Source of the DNA: Lingula anatina
Taxonomy: Eukaryota; Animalia; Brachiopoda
Reading direction: 5' to 3'
Assembly: GCA_051362555.1 (NCBI GenBank)
Contig: CM120647.1
Span: 5,766,001-5,830,000, forward strand
Length of the DNA stretch: 64,000 nt
Position 1 is the first letter of the stretch. The number at the start of each line of letters is the position of its first letter. Shown piece after piece: positions 62,221 to 64,000 of the stretch. The notes under the pieces were generated by a model. The model did no database searches and was not told where the DNA came from. It worked only from the letters and a program-made list of their open reading frames with translations. The position numbers were made by a program, and so were the translations under genes.

Positions 62221-64000
62221 AAAGTTGTATTGTGGATTTAGTAAGCATTTTTTGATATTTGAGTTGTTTGAGTTATTTGTACTGTGAGATTTAACAATCA
62301 TGCATTCACTTAACGTTAGTAGTATTGTGGGTGGATTTAGACCGACAAACCTTCAAATGGATGCATTAATGGGCACATGCATGTGTTACATATGTATATG
62401 TTCTAGGTTTGGTTTATAATCGAAAGCTATAGATATAGTACAGAAACTAGGGATGTCGCAAAAAATGCAATCACGTCTCAACAACCGCAATCAATGTAGT
62501 GTCTCCCCCCACCCTATTACACCTTAGTCTACAGCTACCGTAGGTGATTTTGGTGTGCACAGTGACCTGTTCCTGACTGAGAAGAAACGGTGCACATACA
62601 AAAACAAAATGTCACGTAGCCCAGAGTGTGAAAACCCAGACGACGATATATAATATTCAGTCCTAGAACGCTAAGAGACAGGTTAAGGTTAAATAGAAGG
62701 GGCAGAGTGCCAAGATTTTCAGTAATAGCTAAGGTGAAATTAATATGCGGGAGTCATTAGTACTGTGGCTGCCTGGGTGATATAAGATTATGAACTTTCC
62801 CTGCAGCGGCACAGTAATTAAATCTCGTCTCAATGCGACCGGCCGAGGGACGACGCGTGTGGAGGAGTGTGAGAGGCGAAGAGACCATTACAGGATTAAA
62901 CGGTCTTCCTTTCATTTAGGTCCGCCATATTTAGGCCGTGGACCAGCTAGCACTCGGTTCCTCTCATTCTGAATGGTCCCTTAGTAGATTGATTTCCTCT
63001 TTTACTGAAGTGAACTTATTTAAACGTAAAGCTGACAGCATTAAATGAATGACACTATTACACTAAGGGGCAGGCAGTATTATCGTAAAGCTATATTGTT
63101 TGCTTGTGAATCAACTGTTGTAGTGGCCTATTTGTATTTAAACGTCGTATGTAATTCCTTTTGATTTCTCAAACACCCCATATCCTTTATTCTCAAATGG
63201 TTTCCTTGGTTTACACAAGCACAGTAATGCAGGCGGTCGTTAACAATCAGTTGGGAGGTTGAGAGAGACACAAAGGGAGAACAGATCATGGACCATGTAG
63301 TTTCAGACCTTATATATCTGAATATCTGATACATTAACATAAAAAGGTAACGTTTTTTCTCAACTCTACGCGAGAATCTCAGACCAACTGGCAGCAGGCG
63401 GCATTCCACAAACTGGAAGACAAGAAACAACGGTTTGAAAAGAAACTACAAGAAAATATCTAGTACATAAATCCTATCAATTGAAAATCTTTAAGTTATA
63501 ATAATCATTTACTTCGAAACGGGATTAATTCTTGATTGATTAAATCCTATATATGCAAAAATATTCATGAATCATAGGATTACAATGATAGCAATTACTT
63601 ACTTCGGAAAAAATAATTAATGAAACAGACACTTTGTCACAAGAACTAAATGCCAACGGGCCGTTTGGTGATGGAAGACCTTTGAATGATTCTCACTCGG
63701 GGTAGTAATTGGGAGAACGGTGTGGATTGAGATGGGGGGAGAAGCAGATTATTTACAGGTACCTTGTCTCTTTTCAAGGTGCCTTATGACCTGTGGCCAT
63801 TCAGCCTGAAGATGCCCTCATGACGAGTGAAACGTAGCGAAACTGTTTCTTTATTCAGGTTTGCTCTTAAGTAAGTGATTATCATTATTAAAACGCTAGT
63901 TGATAGTTATCACTAGGACCATGAACAAGCTTTTATAAATATAATTTTATTACCTGTTGATGTATTTATACGATCATTTTATATCAAATTATTATTTGAA

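Overview
AT-rich animal genomic DNA with GT-AG introns, microsatellites and many MITE/LINE remnants. It is probably from a marine invertebrate such as a lophotrochozoan, but the species cannot be determined from the sequence. Left to right it contains four gene blocks. (1) The last three exons of an NKRF-like gene (dsRBM, G-patch, degenerate R3H) on +. (2) Two spliced, secreted CS-alpha-beta defensin-like peptide genes on +, which the ORF track splits into fragments. (3) A gene on - with four coding exons, encoding a ~1047-aa protein with a signal peptide. It resembles the bacterial VioB/RebD/StaD family (imino-indolepyruvate dimer synthases with a C-terminal ferritin-like domain) along its full length and is the most unusual feature here: apparently a horizontally acquired, intron-containing, secreted enzyme. 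(4) A tandem array of five single-coding-exon RING-B-box-coiled-coil-NHL (TRIM-NHL) genes on -. These show mosaic sequences and divergent NHL surface loops, and one copy has an in-frame nonsense codon. Together the region looks like an innate-defence cluster. All homology calls come from motif recognition by eye, not from database searches.
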